Shown: positions 27,193 to 40,347, counted from the stretch's first letter. The stretch: DNA of 64,000 nucleotides from Octopus vulgaris (GCA_951406725.2 OX597830.1:52700001-52764000), one strand, 5' to 3'. The notes: generated by a model from the letters alone, not told the origin. Numbers and translations are program-made.

Positions 27193-27937
27193 CCGTAAAT
27201 CCTCGAGTATAGTCCGCCCTTGAGTATAAAACGCAGGGGATTTTTAGGGGGCTGTACCTCTGAAAAACCTAAACCTTGTGTGTAATACGCACCCCTTCTC
27301 TAACTTGAGTCAAGGAGGTCTATATAACGTCCTTGGTTTGTAAAAATGAATACGGTAACGTCCTTTATTATTATTGTATATATAACATAATGCAAACATG
27401 TAGCTTTTTTGTGCATTTTGTTTGCAGAAAATAAAGAAATAACAATAATAGAAATATTAAAATTACTAAGTCTCTATAAAAGAGATTACGACAGCGTTTA
27501 CTGGAAATTAATTGTTATCGCCATATTAATATGGCATTTTTATAGATATAAGAATAATCGCTGCCGCTGGTCAGCTCCATGAGGCCACCGCCTTAAGATA
27601 GCTATTGATACACGATCTGTATCCATTATAACCTTCGAACAAGGGAGGTCAGCCGCTTCACACTGCCAGTCCGACAGCTACAGACGTTTAATAAATGTTG
27701 TTTACTGCAAGTTATGGATGATTCTTTTATGACTTCATTGCTTTCAGGCTTAGCTTAAGGTATTTTCACGCCCAACATCACAAAATGCATCTGAATAAAC
27801 ATTGCCGGACAACAAATAGAGACTCGGACATTGCTTAGAAAATAATTTTCATTTTTAACCTCGTATATAGTACACACTAAGGATTTTGACCTTTAAAATT
27901 TGGGGAAAAAATGCGGATTATACTCGAGGATTTACAG
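27193..27937. mobile_element. Non-autonomous Tc2/pogo-type DNA transposon (745 bp)
   Basis: TIRs ccgtaaatcctcgagtatagtccgc / gcggattatactcgaggatttacag, with TA on both flanks. Confidence 0.9.
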
Positions 27938-28419
27938 TATGTTATACAAAGTAACATTTTACAATTTATTATTTACTGAAACTGATCCATTACAGGAGTG
28001 GTTATGTGGTTATGAAGCTTGCTTCAATTCAGTTTCACTGCAAAACACCTCAGGCAAATGTCTTCTGTTATAGCCTCATGCTGAGGCCTGATACCTCATC
28101 ACCATTATGTTTATCTCTTTCCAGCTTCACCTGATCTCTACCATCCCCTTTTCTAAAATGTGAGCAACCATGTAGCTCCCCTACAACAAGAAGCCTGTTT
28201 GACACTGGCTCCTTCTCTCATGCTTTAACCTATCTTTTGCCCCTCATCTCCTAGCATAAAGTTACTTCTCCCAGGGTTCATTGTTTTGTGACCTCACTAG
28301 TGCTGGTGGTATGAAAAAAGCACCCAGTATACTGTAACATGGTTGTTGTTAGGTAGGGGTATCCAGTCATACCAGAGCAGACAATAGAGCACAAAGTAGT
28401 TCTTGGACTCATTCAATCC

Positions 28420-29150
28420 TATCAACCCATCCAACCTATGCCAGCATGGAACAATGGAACATGGACATTAAATGATGAAATGGTGGCATGTGAAAAAACA
28501 TTCGAGCGAGGTCATTGCCAGCGCCACTGGACTGGCTCCTGTGCATGTGGCACATAAAAAGCACCATTTGAGCATGGCCATTGCCAGTACCCCCTGACTG
28601 GCCCTTGTTCCGGTGGCACGTAAAAGCACCCACTACACTCTCGTAGTGGTTGGCATTAGGAAGGGCATCCAGCTGTAGAAACTCTGCCAGATCAGATTGG
28701 AGCCTGGTGCAGCCATCTGGTTCTCCAGACCTCAGTCAAATCGTCCAACTCATGCTAGCATGGAAAGCGGATGTTAAATGATGATGATATATATATGGCT
28801 GTGTGGTAAGTAGCTTGCTAACCAACCACACGGTTGCGGGTTCAGTCCCACTGCGTGGCATCTTGGGCAAGTGTCTTCTGCTATAGCCCCGGGCCGACCA
28901 ATGCCTTGTGAGTGGATTTGGTAGACGGAAACTGAAAGAAGCCTGTCGTATATATGTATATATATGTATATGTGCGTGTGTCTGTGTTTGTTCCCCTAGC
29001 ATTGCTTGACAACCGATTCTGGTGTGTTTACGTCCCCGTCACTTAGCGGTTCGGCAAAAAGAGACCGATAGAATAAGTACAAAAAGGCGGTGCTCCAGCA
29101 TGGCCGCAGTCAAATGACTGAAACAAGTAAAAGAGAGAGTAAAGAGAGTA
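28420..29150 (+). mobile_element. Adjacent family D and family B repeats
   Basis: Family D ends in (gat)n at ~28787; the family B head follows at 28796. Confidence 0.75.
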
Positions 29151-29363
29151 TATATATTATTTATTTAAAGGGCACAATACAATGCTGCCTTCTCAGTATT
29201 TCCGCATTTCTTCTATTATTCAATTTTTTTAGTTTGTTATATGTAGTTAGTGCCTGAAGAATATGTTTGAGTATTTCTCACATTCTACCAGTATACGAAG
29301 TTTAAAAGTGTTTAGTTAACTAGAAATTACGTTACAAAGTGCCGTTCAAAAGGAAAAGATCCC

Positions 29364-29673
29364 TTATTTCATCGACCCCGAAAGGATGAAAGATAAAGTC
29401 GACCTCAGCGGAATTTGAACTCAGAACGTAGCGGTAGACGAAATACCTATTTCTTTACTACCCACAAGGGGCTAAACATAGAGAGGACAGACAAACGGAT
29501 TAAGTCGATTATATCGATCCCCAGTGCGTAACTGGTACTTATTTAATCGACTCCGAAAGGATAAAAGGCAAAGTCGACCTCGGCGGTATTTGAACTCAGA
29601 ACGTAACGGCAGACGATATACTGCTGGGCATTTCGCCCGGCGTGCTATCGTTTCTGCCATCCCCTCGCCGCCT
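29364..29673 (-). mobile_element. Nin-domain SINE (family C), one full copy plus a partial tandem copy
   Basis: Reverse complement of gtcgactttgcctttcatcctttcggggtcgat...aagtaccag. Confidence 0.85.
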
Positions 29674-29797
29674 TGACTAAATCCCTCCAGGCGGAGGTAA
29701 TACAATCAAATAAGGCAAAATTAAGAAAAAAATTGGTAGCCAGGAGGTGGAGATACAGTAAGAGGAGGAAGAATAAGAGAGGAACAAAAGAGATTTC

Positions 29798-29820
29798 ATT
29801 GGTTGAGAATATTGACGTCA
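29798..29820 (+). promoter_or_regulatory. Inverted CCAAT box and palindromic CRE upstream of the pseudogene ATG
   Basis: attgg at 29798-29802 and tgacgtca at 29813-29820; ATG at 29843. Confidence 0.45.
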
Positions 29821-30116
29821 CTGATTTAATTTAAAGGGAGCTATGGCTGAAGGCGAGGAATCTCTGGAAGAAAGTCTCCAGAGGACGAGTTCTTCCTCTT
29901 TAAAGGTAATGTATTAATCTTTACATTATGTTAAGTACATACAATATTATACGTATTCCGTTATTTTACTCCGGAGGCGATACTGAATTTTAAATATCCG
30001 GAAAGTGAAAAATCGAACTTCACGGAAGTCAGAATTAGCTGGAAACTCGGCAATAATATAACGGAACTAGATTCGGTAAATGTTTATATTGCATATACAA
30101 TAAATACCTTAAGACT

Positions 30117-31012
30117 GGTACTACTTGAAAACAGTGGTCCCGGTGCGCGCACTCGCGCTAGCTAGTCGTTACTAGTCGATCCTAAAACGACTTGCGCGTA
30201 TGCAAATGAATAGATTCGCGCATACGCGATACACAAATTAATATTTTTCGAGCAAAGTAAATAATTTTTTAAACTAAGGAAATAAATTACTTATTATAAA
30301 CAAAGTAAGGGTGTTTTTTTTTAAATGTATATAATTTTTTTAAACTAAGTAAATAAACTATTTATTATAAACAAACTAAGGTTTTTTTTTTTTAATGTAT
30401 ATAATTTTTTTACACAAATTAAATAATATTTTTCGAACAAAGTAAATAAAAAGCAAATAGCAAATAAAAAATTGAATATCTTACAGTTCTTGCAATTCGT
30501 TCGAAAATGCCACCAAACAATAAAATGAAATGTTGAAGTTCATTTGATTTCCTCGAATGTGAACCATTCTGAAAGGTGCTTCGGAATGTTTTCAAAACAT
30601 TCCTTGCCACTTTTTCCGTATTCTTCTCTCCAAAGAAATTCGTCCAGGTACGATTCCATCATGTTCGTGTGGACCCCCATCATAGTCTTCGGCTTTTTGC
30701 ATTCTTCCAATAACATTCCACAGAATTTGCGTCTGCGAAATTTTCCGAATGGTTCACCTTGAAATGGGTGTATTTTGGTATCACATCCATTTCATTAATA
30801 CCATTCTACGCACCCCAACAACCGGAATATATCGGCAATGTAAACATGGTTCAAAACTTTCTTCTCCTTCAGAAACGAATTTGCCGCATGTGCGATGCAA
30901 ACATGTATCGCGCGTGCGCGAATCTATTCATTTGCATATTCGTGAGTCGTTGTAGGATCGACTACTTACGACTAGCTAGCGCGCACCGGGACCACTGTTC
31001 GCTAGTAGTGCC
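30117..31012 (-). mobile_element. Merlin (ISXO2/IS1595-like) DNA transposon, internally deleted
   Basis: ~110-bp imperfect TIRs starting with GG (ggtactacttgaaaacagtggtcccggtgcgc); transposase relics IYSGCWGA*...YTHFKVNHSEN, NSVECYWKNAK and MESYLDEFLWR. No clear TSD. Confidence 0.85.
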
Positions 31013-31594
31013 CAAGTACCGTAACTGCCAATTATAAACCCACGTGGGTTTATTTACATTTCTGAAGAAAAAAAGAAACCCTTTTCCTCCACCCCTAATC
31101 CTAACATATATAAAAAAAAACTTTACGGAAAGTGATGATCTTCTTCAAATGTAAACAAATAGACTTTATCTGATAACCTCCCACTCTCTTTCTCTTCTAC
31201 TTCCTCGTTCCATCTTTTTCTGTTCATCTGATTCCCCAACCCCTTTTCTTTTCTCAGTTTTTTTTTCTACGACCTACTCTCTCTCTCTCTCTCCTCTATC
31301 TATCTATCTGTCTATCAACATTATTTAATGTCTTTACTTTTTCAGATCGATCCAGCTTCTCGTTTTAGGACATGGACTTCATATATCCTGTGAAATGAAT
31401 ACCGTGATATAGTAGAGTTGTTACTGCAGTCTTAACTTGATGTAATCTGGTGGATAACTATGCCAACCCATTCACCTGGACGGTTTAACTTAATAGTTGT
31501 GTTAATATAGTATAAACACGATGTCCTTTTTATGGTAAGTTAAGAGTGATGTAGAATCATTTCTTTTTAACTATAACTTCCACATAGTCTCTTA

Positions 31595-32900
31595 CCTGGT
31601 GGTCAGTGCAGAAGCTAGGGATAGATGAGTGGTTTGGTGAGAGCTGTGCAAGCCATGTACAGGGATGCTGTCAGTAAGATGAAAGTCAACGAAGGAAGTG
31701 TACAGGTGGGAGTTCACCAAGGATTAGCTGTCAGCCCCCTCTTGTTTATCGTAGTCCTCCAGGCCATGCCAGGGGGATTTAAGACAGGCTGCCTTTGAGA
31801 GACCTTGTTCTTATTGCTGAATCACTACCAGAACGAGAGAAGACATTTCAGGTGTGGAAGCAAGGTTTGGATTTTAAAGGCTTAGCAAAGACCAAAGTCC
31901 TAGTAAGTAGGAAAGCAGACAAATCACTGATCCCTTGAGGGAGATGGCCCTGCTCAATATGTAGAAAAGGTGTTGGTAGAAAGTCCATACAGTGTACCCA
32001 GTGCAGCAGTATCAGGAAGGTTAACAGAGAAAGTAGTATTTATGTGAGGCAGACGTACAGGTATATTAAACACTAGGAATGTACGGAAAATAGACTCTCT
32101 CAAATGTCCAGGTGATTCTTAGAAGTAGTAGATAGTTTCCATTTACTTGGGCAACCAAGTTAGCAGTGGAGGAGGTGGTTCTGAAAGCATAGATGCTAGA
32201 ATAAGAATGGTTCTAGGCAAAGCTTAGAGAGCTACTACTTTTGTTAGTAACAAAAGGCCTCTCCCTCAAAGTGGAAGGCAGATTGTATGATGCCTGTGTA
32301 TGAATAGCTATGCTACATAGCAGTGAGACATGGGCTGTGGCAAAGCTTGAAAGAAATGAAGCCAGCATGCTCTGCTGGATGGGTAATGTCTGTGTGCATT
32401 TACAACAGAATGTAAGTGATTTGAGAGAAAAAATTGGGTCTGCAAGGCTTCAGTTGTGTACAAGAGGGAAGACTTCATTGGTATGGTCTTCTGGACAGGG
32501 ACAGCTGCTACAAGAAGTGCTGATCTAATTGTAGAGGGAATGTGTAGAAGGGGTGAACCCAGGAAGGTAGGGATGAAGGGAGAAAAAGGATCTTCAGACA
32601 TTGGGCCTCTCAGAAATAACATGGGATCAAGATTTCTGATGGTTTGTAGTACTTGAGAAGACACATCAAACTAAGTCAAATCGTGGCTGTCCTTACATAT
32701 AGGCCTGTCCTCCATGTTCCTCTCTCAGCTAAGAGGTCCCAGTCTTGTGGACTCATGGGTGCCAGTGTCATGTAAAAGTATCCATAGAGGTGTCACATTT
32801 AAAAGCACCAACTACACTCTGAAAAATGGGGACATTAGGAAGGGCATCCAGCCATATAAACCATGCCAAAACAGACAAATGAAGATTGGATGTTAAATGA
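31595..32900 (+). mobile_element. Decayed RTE-clade LINE, 3' half
   Basis: RT relics KLGIDEW, VQAMYRDA, VGVHQG..SPLLFIVVLQA and MLHSSETW; ends in a family-D-like tail. Confidence 0.85.
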
Positions 32901-34254
32901 TGGTTGTCTTGGAATGATATTTTAAGATATTGAAATGTTGATATTTCTGAGTTGTTAATAGAGAAACAGTAAAATATGTTGCAATCAATAAGTTCCATAG
33001 GTGCAGGTGTATCTGTGTGGTTAAGAAGTATCTTCTACTATAGCCCTGGAAACTGAAACAAGTCTATTATATACATGTATATGTGTGCATTTGTATGTCC
33101 ATTCTTACAAGCAATATCAGTCATTTCCAATCTTCTACCTGGCCATAGAAAATTTACCTCAACAAACCTTGTCTGCCCCATACAAGCATGGCAATGTATG
33201 CATTAAATGAGGGTGATGAAATATATTGGAGCAAATACAGTGCACAGCCTGTATAAATCAAGAGACTTCCCTTCAAATGTTAACCAATCTGTGCCAACAT
33301 TTCTAATAAAATACATTGTTTATATGTTTCTAATTTATTTTGAAAATAAAGAATAAGGGATTTACTAAAGTAAGTTTTGTAATTATTACTAAGCTACTGT
33401 TTAGAATAGTAATTTTAAAAAAATAACTCTTAAACATAAAAATGGAAATTTTTATTTAAATAGTAAACCCTAAATTTTCTTATTCTTAAGATTTTTAACT
33501 AAATTTACTTACATAATCATATGTTTGCCTTTATCATTTCAGATAAGTCCTAAGATTATGATTTTGATTCGTCTTCAGATTCATCTTCAAATATCAGCAA
33601 CACAGAATAAATGATATGTACAATATGCATAGAGCAACTTTGGAACATGGTCTTTGAATGTGGTGGACAACTTTGTCAGTACCATTTGTGTTGAGAAACT
33701 TTAATAAAAGGATTATACATTGATCAGCTTTTTTCTTTTTTCTTTTTTTTTTCTTATCTTTCCCTACCCTTCCACCATCATCGTCTCTTCCTAACTACTG
33801 CAGTAATGGTTCCTACAGCTCTGTTATTAATAACCCCCATCTGTTTCAACCATACCTTTAATGGAGACATTGTATCCCTTCTTGCCCTCCAGTATTTATT
33901 TTGGTCAAGGAGGAACTGGTGACTATTGTTCAAAATCTGTAAATTTACACTTGCACATTTGACCTTTATTTTACCTCTACCCACTTCAGAAATTTATTTC
34001 CCTTTTCTATTTAAACTGTTTCTGACAACTACCCCATTATTGTCCTTTAAATAACCCCTAGTTGAGTAGTATTGTAGATTGGGCCATAAAAACTAAGGGA
34101 CATATTTGAAAATGGACAGTAGAGAACAGTTATGGGGTAAGTAAATGTCGGGTATATTTAACAAGATGAGAAGTCAACGGTAAGGGGTTTGGATATATTA
34201 TATGATAGAAGGATGTAGTTGTGAGGGATTCACAACTACAATTAACTAGAAACA

Positions 34255-35010
34255 GAATTAAATTAGATGAAATACAGCTTGGCTTTGTGCCAAGAGAAGT
34301 ATCATTGATGCCCTCTTTCTAAGACATCTACAGAAGTATTTAATCAAAAGTAAGCCATTGTACTTGGCATTTGTTGACCTGGTGATGGGCTCTGAGGAAG
34401 CTAGGGAGTAGATGAATGGATTGAAAACCAAAGAAGCCTCATACAGGGATGTTCCCAGGTAAGGTGAGGGAAACAAGTACAATGAATTTATGTGCTACAA
34501 GTTCACCAGGAATCGGTTCTCGGTCCTCCAGGCCATAAGAGGAGATTTAAGACAGCTTGCCCATGGGAATTCCTCTATGTTGATGACCTTGTTCTTACAG
34601 ATGCATCTACAGTAGAAAAGAAATTGTAGGTGTGGAAGCAAAATCGAGAATCAATGGGCCTTGAAGTTAACTTACCAAAAACCAGGCAAATGACCCTGCT
34701 TAATATGTTGGAAAAGTGTAGGCAGAAATTCCATAAGGTGTATCCAGTGCAAACTACGGACACAAGTGGTGCATGGGATTCACAGAAAGGTTAATAGAAA
34801 AAGCAATGTTCGAATGTGGAATATGTGCAAGAGCAGTAAACATTAAAGAACACACAAGAAATACATTTTCTTTGAATGCCTAGAGACAATAGGTAGTTCC
34901 TGTTACCTAGGTGACCTTATCTGCAGTGGAGATGGATGTTCTGAAAGCATACTTGTTTGAACACAAACAGGTGAAAGGAAGTTCAAAGAGCTTTCACCTC
35001 TGTTGGTTCA
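34255..35010 (+). mobile_element. Decayed RTE-clade LINE fragment
   Basis: KPLYLAFVDL, LRKLGVDEW and PWEFLYVDDL motifs with frameshifts. Confidence 0.8.
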
Positions 35011-36235
35011 GTACACTTATCCCATTGGAAATGATTAAGACAAACATTCACACCACACACACCATTGTTATGTTTTCCTTATTCTGTGTAACATCCTGAC
35101 AACTGATGTTGGTGTGCTTACGTCCCTGTAACTTAGCAGTTTGGCAAAGAGATTGATAGGCTTACAAAGAATAAGTCCAGGGGTTAATTTGTTCAACTAA
35201 AGGCAGTGCTCCAGCATAGCCGCAGTCAAATGACTGAAACCAGTAAAAGAATAAAATATTCTCTCTAGCTTCTTCGCGATCGGCTGGAGTGGATCTCTTC
35301 CCGATATACTATACTGAAATTAATCATGGCTCATTTTACTCCACTTTGGACATTAGTGGTGGTGGAAATTGACTTGGAATCCGACAGAGAAAAGAATATT
35401 GATTGTTAAACATCAAAAATTATCCAAATATTTTATTAGCAACCTTAATTACAATCCAGTCGAATCTGAGGAAAATTTTCTTGGAAAAAAGTACCTGTCA
35501 TCCGACTATGTTCCAAATTCTCTCAACTTGAAAAACAACAACTATGCTAACCAATTATTACTCCTAAAGACGATGCAATACTTGCAAGTATAATGATTTC
35601 AAACATGTAGGGAGACAACAAGAAATCAGAGATTATTCATTTTGCCCCACCCCTGTAAGTGGAAGTTAAATACCTTGCAACCTTACAATTGTACGAGTGT
35701 TTCTATACATCAATACATTTTTAGAAAGAAACATTACTGCATTTATATTTAGAACAAAATATTCGAGAACACAACCAGAATATTTATTTTTAAAACAAAA
35801 CGGTAGCTAGACTTCCTCAAATTAAACCTTACTTTTTAATAAGAATGGAACGTTGAATATTGTAGTCTAGGATATTATGTGTCTGAGGAAAAAAAAAGCA
35901 TACGACATTACTATCATGGTTGCAACATCTCTGATAACAGGGCCGACTCGGAACTAAGCAACAAATTCGGTCCTTAGAGTTGCTAGCCTCCGTCCCATAC
36001 ATAACACATAAAACTGAAACGATACTCGCAGTGTGGAAAGTTGACTTATAACGAACTTGTCTCTGTTTCTACCGAACTCAAAATTATTTCCTAACAAGAA
36101 TTAACTCCAGAATACATGAAACAATAAAACTATTTCATCATTTCTGTTATCTGCAACACAACATTTCGAACGCTTAAATTTCTGGCTGTTATAATATGTT
36201 CACGCCTAAGATTGGTTTGTAAATGACAACTATTA

Positions 36236-37773
36236 GGCAATCACTCGCTTTTAGTCTCAGAACTGTCAAATCTTCTCAGCTGCTCGTTCGTTAGTTTCAA
36301 TAAGAAAATTTTATTTATTTACTTTTGGCTTCGTGATGTTTCAAAGGCAACATTTGCTTTGAAGTTGGAAAGTGAAAGAGACGGGCGCTCGCACGCACGT
36401 GTATCTACATGTCTATGAAAGATAATGGGTGTCCGTGTGTTTGTGTATGAAAAATAGCAGCTGTACATGTGTGTGTGTAGTTATGTATATGAAAGCTAAT
36501 GGGTGCGTGTGGTGTGTGTATTTATGTATGAAACTAATGTGTGGGCGCGTGTTCTGCTTTACGTATTTGCATTCACTCACACACAAAGACACACGTACAT
36601 CCGTTATCTTTCATAATAACGTATATACATATACATACTTCTTTTTTGTATGTATGTGTATGAGAGAGAGAGAGAGAGTGAGTGAGTGAGTATGTACGTA
36701 TATATGTTTCTGTTCTGTTTCTGGTTTCTAACAAAGATACTGTAGTGTGATGGAGGAAAAGGACAACAGAAAAAGAAGCAACGGGAGAAAGAAATACAAA
36801 AGGCCTTACCTCAGCGAAATCAACGGTCACTCTCACCAAGTCAACACGTCTTCCGCCGGCCCCTGCAAGCCTTACTTCCGCCCACCTCATCTGTCATCCC
36901 CTCGACCAACACCACATAGCTCATCACAGCCCATAACACATCTAACACCACAGATACAAAGCTCCATAGTTTGAATGCAAATAACAAAAGTAACGTTGCA
37001 TTTTGAATTTGAGAAAAGCCTTGCATATTTATAATGTGCGAGTTATGTATGTATGGGTATATGAAAGATAATGGATGTACATGTCTGTGTTCGTGTGTGA
37101 GAGAATGCAAATACATAAAGCAGAACACGCTCACACACGTGCACCCATTAGGTTTCATATAAACGAGCTGGCAGAAACGTTAGCACGCCAGACAAAATGC
37201 TGAGCGGTATTCCGTCTGCCGCTACGTTCTGAGTTCAAATTCCACCGAGGTCGATTTTGCCTTTCATCCTTTCGGGGTCGATTAAATAAGTACCAGTTAC
37301 GCGCTGGGGTCCATATAATCAACTTACCCGTTTGTCTGTTTTTGTTTGTCCTCTCTGTGTTTAGCCCTTTGTGGGTAGTAAAGAAATAGGTTATTTCGTC
37401 TGAGGCTACGTTCTGAGTTCAAATTCCGCCGAGGACGACTTTGCCTCTCATCCTTGCGGGGTCGATTAAATAAGTACCAGTTACGCACTGGGGTCCATAT
37501 AATCGACCTAATCTCTTTGTTTGTCCCCTCTATGTTTAGCCCCTTGAGGGCAATAAAGAAATAATAAACATACATAAATACACACACACACACACGCGTA
37601 CACCCATTATCCTTCATAGACGCACGCGTGTGCATCTGTCTCTTGCCTCTTTCACTTTCCAACTTCGAAACGTCATGAAACCAAAAGTAAATAAATAAAG
37701 ATCTTCCACAGAAACTAAGAAACGAACAGCTGAGAAGATTTGGCAGTTTTAAGACCAAAGGTGATTGATTGCC
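36236..37773. mobile_element. Fold-back element with ~400-bp inverted arms around a unique core
   Basis: 36236-36450 is the inverted homologue of 37565-37773, and 36527-36615 of 37060-37159. Confidence 0.7.
37163..37563 (+). mobile_element. Two tandem Nin-domain SINEs (family C) inserted in the right arm of the fold-back element
   Basis: gagctggcagaaacgttagc head; Nin core present twice. Confidence 0.85.
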
Positions 37774-37991
37774 AACCATTTTACAAGGGAACTAACTCTG
37801 CAATTTTGTAGAGTTAAACTGTTTCCAAAAATTCAAGTTATTCCCCTTGCACGAAAGTAATGTAATTTAGCGGTGCAATATTATTGCAGAGACCAATTTA
37901 CTTTTTAAACGTTCTTGGTGGTTGCTACGTAAATATTAATATTAATTTCGTTTTGCAATCATAATATACTACCAAGTATATTAAAGGTTTA

Positions 37992-38402
37992 TAGACGCAG
38001 GAGTGGCTGGGTGGTAAGTAACTTGCTTACCAACCACATGGTCCCACTGCATGGCACCTTGGGCAAGTATCTTCTACTATAGCCTCGGGCTGACCAAAGC
38101 CTTGTGAGTGGATTTGGTAGACGGAAACTGAAAGAAGCCCGTCGTATATATGTATGTGTGTGCATATGTTTGTGTGTCTGTGTTTGTCCCCCCCCCCCGC
38201 AACATCGCTTGACAAGCGATCTTTTATTTCCCTCTGTTTTTTTTTTGTATTTTTTATTTTCTTTCCAATTTTTAACACCAAAAAGAGACCGATAGAATAA
38301 GTACCAGGCTTACAAACAATAAGTCCTGGGGTTGATTTGCTCGACTAAAAGGCGGTGCTCCAGCATGGCCATAGTCAAATGACTGAAACAAGTAAAAGAG
38401 TA
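37992..38402 (+). mobile_element. SINE family B
   Basis: Matches 23067-23480. Confidence 0.8.
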
Positions 38403-39270
38403 AGTCAATATTGTACGAGCAGCAGGTGTAGTAAAGTTGATACGGTCCCTGGGGAGGGGAAGAACAAGAGAGAGATATGATATGGCTGGGTAGTCAGGGA
38501 GGAGAGTCACTGTAATGGATGAAGAACCCAAAAACTTAGTTTAGCAGAGGAATGCACATCATATTGCCAGAGATCCTTTGGCTGCTCTTTGCTCAACTGC
38601 AAAGATAATTCCCTCGTCTGCTACTTGCAATTTCAACATGAGAAATTTTAGAGCCGGAGATATGCGATATATCAAAATCAAATGCCATTAATCGAATAGG
38701 CCATTGTCCGATTCTAGTAGAAACATTCGTAGGAATCGGCTTTTGTGGGTGGAAGATATATTTTAAAGGTCTATGATCCGTATCGAGTTTGAACCTGTAG
38801 TGTACGCTTAGTGAAATTCTCTCTCTCTCTCTTATATATATAACATAAATACGGACATAGCAGATAATAGCTAGCCTTTGTGGGAGGAATGGAAGTCAGT
38901 TACTCAAATGTTGTCTGGTAGAAGTTGAATGCCATCTTGTCTAATATGTAACCAAAGTGGCAAGCAGGAAAATTAATCCCATGCGAGGCAAGACATGAAC
39001 CAGTTGTTAAGTATCCCACCTGTAAGGGATCAATGCTAGCTGTGTTGAAACAATTATAGTGATTAATAAAAATTCTCGTATATACGTATATTTATATAAT
39101 TAGCTGCAATTTGCAATTTATACCACCCTGTCATGGGTTCGGTGTAAAAAAAAGTTCAATTAAAATTGTCAAAGGTCATAGAAAATTCAATGAACATCCA
39201 CAGAAACTCCACTGAAAATCCAAAATTTATTTCATATTTATATAATATATATTCAATAATTATTTTAGTG

Positions 39271-39276
39271 TTTATT
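39271..39276 (-). other. Candidate polyadenylation signal of the uridine phosphorylase gene
   Basis: AATAAA on the minus strand ~1.1 kb after the stop; another AATAAA overlaps the stop codon. Confidence 0.3.
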
Positions 39277-39468
39277 CAACAGCTATTTAATCTTATAAAT
39301 TTGTTCTTATTTTCTTTTAAAAAATAATTTTCAGGAATAATGAAAGAAACATTTTTCGCCTTCTCCAAGTTTACAAGTTTTTTCTTGTCCATACATTCAT
39401 AATATATTTGTGTGAGTGTGTGTGTCTGTGTATACATACATATATGTGTGTATATATATAAACATATG

Positions 39469-39503
<35 letters not shown>

Positions 39504-39990
39504 GTAATAATAATAATAGAAGAGTTTATTCAAAAGGTACTTATGTCATCTTACAAATATTTCATTAATAATTCAAAAAATAAATATCTGTTATATATAG
39601 AAAATTGTATAAGCAGATTATATTATCAAATCTTCAGAGACTGTAACTCTCATAAGTAACCTTTAAGATTTATACAGGACTATAAACAATATTACAGTAA
39701 CAACAGCCATAACTACAGACGTTATAACTACATTCATACCAAAACACTGTCTGCTATTCAGTATAAACCTGAAAATGTAACTAATGAGAGTAAAGTAATC
39801 TCTGAAGAGTTGATCATGTAACCTGCTTGTAAGATTTTCCTCATAAAATGCAGTTTATATTTCATTATTAATTAAACATTTGTAAGGTGATATAACTAAA
39901 TAATTTATAAACTAACTCTCCTGTTTTGTTTTATATGTATTATATATACAAACACACATGTTCACACGCACATGCGCACACACACACACA

Positions 39991-40028
<38 letters not shown>

Positions 40029-40260
40029 TGTATGTATGTATGTATGTATGTATGTTCTTCACTTCTCTTTTTAATTTCAGAGTAAATTTTGACCAGCCAC
40101 CAACTTGGTAGCAAGGTTGAGAAGGAAAGTATCTTTTTTTAATCATCATCCTTTGAATTTGAAAGTTTTGTAGATGTAGGTTTGTATGTATGTATGTATA
40201 TGTGTGTGTGCATGGGGTGGGGCCTATGTATGTATGTATGCATGCATGTATGTATGCATG

Positions 40261-40291
<31 letters not shown>

Positions 40292-40347
40292 GTATATGGA
40301 GAATCCAATGATAATTCAAAATAATTTCATATCTTGTGCCATTTTAT

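Larger units (their letters stand above)
29843..33710 (+). pseudogene. Three-exon decayed ankyrin-repeat gene (exons 29843-29905, 31346-31534, 33543-~33710)
   Basis: Exon 1 reads MAEGEESLEESLQRTSSSSLK|gtaatg. Exon 2 (tttttcag ... gtaagt) reads IDPASRFRT/GLHISCEMN/RDIVELLLQS*LDV/LVDNYA/PIHL across frameshifts. Exon 3 (catttcag) reads DKS*DYDFDSSSDSSSNISNTE*. AATAAA at 33606 and 33703, followed by a T-rich tract. Confidence 0.6.

Noticed and set aside
31132-31173. C box (GTGATGA) and D box (CTGA) in an intron, suggesting a snoRNA
   Set aside because: Only ~42 nt long, with no terminal stem or recognisable guide sequence.
36747-36974. 75-aa basic/Pro-rich ORF on the + strand
   Set aside because: No recognisable homology; better explained as the reverse strand of a promoter/first-exon-like core.
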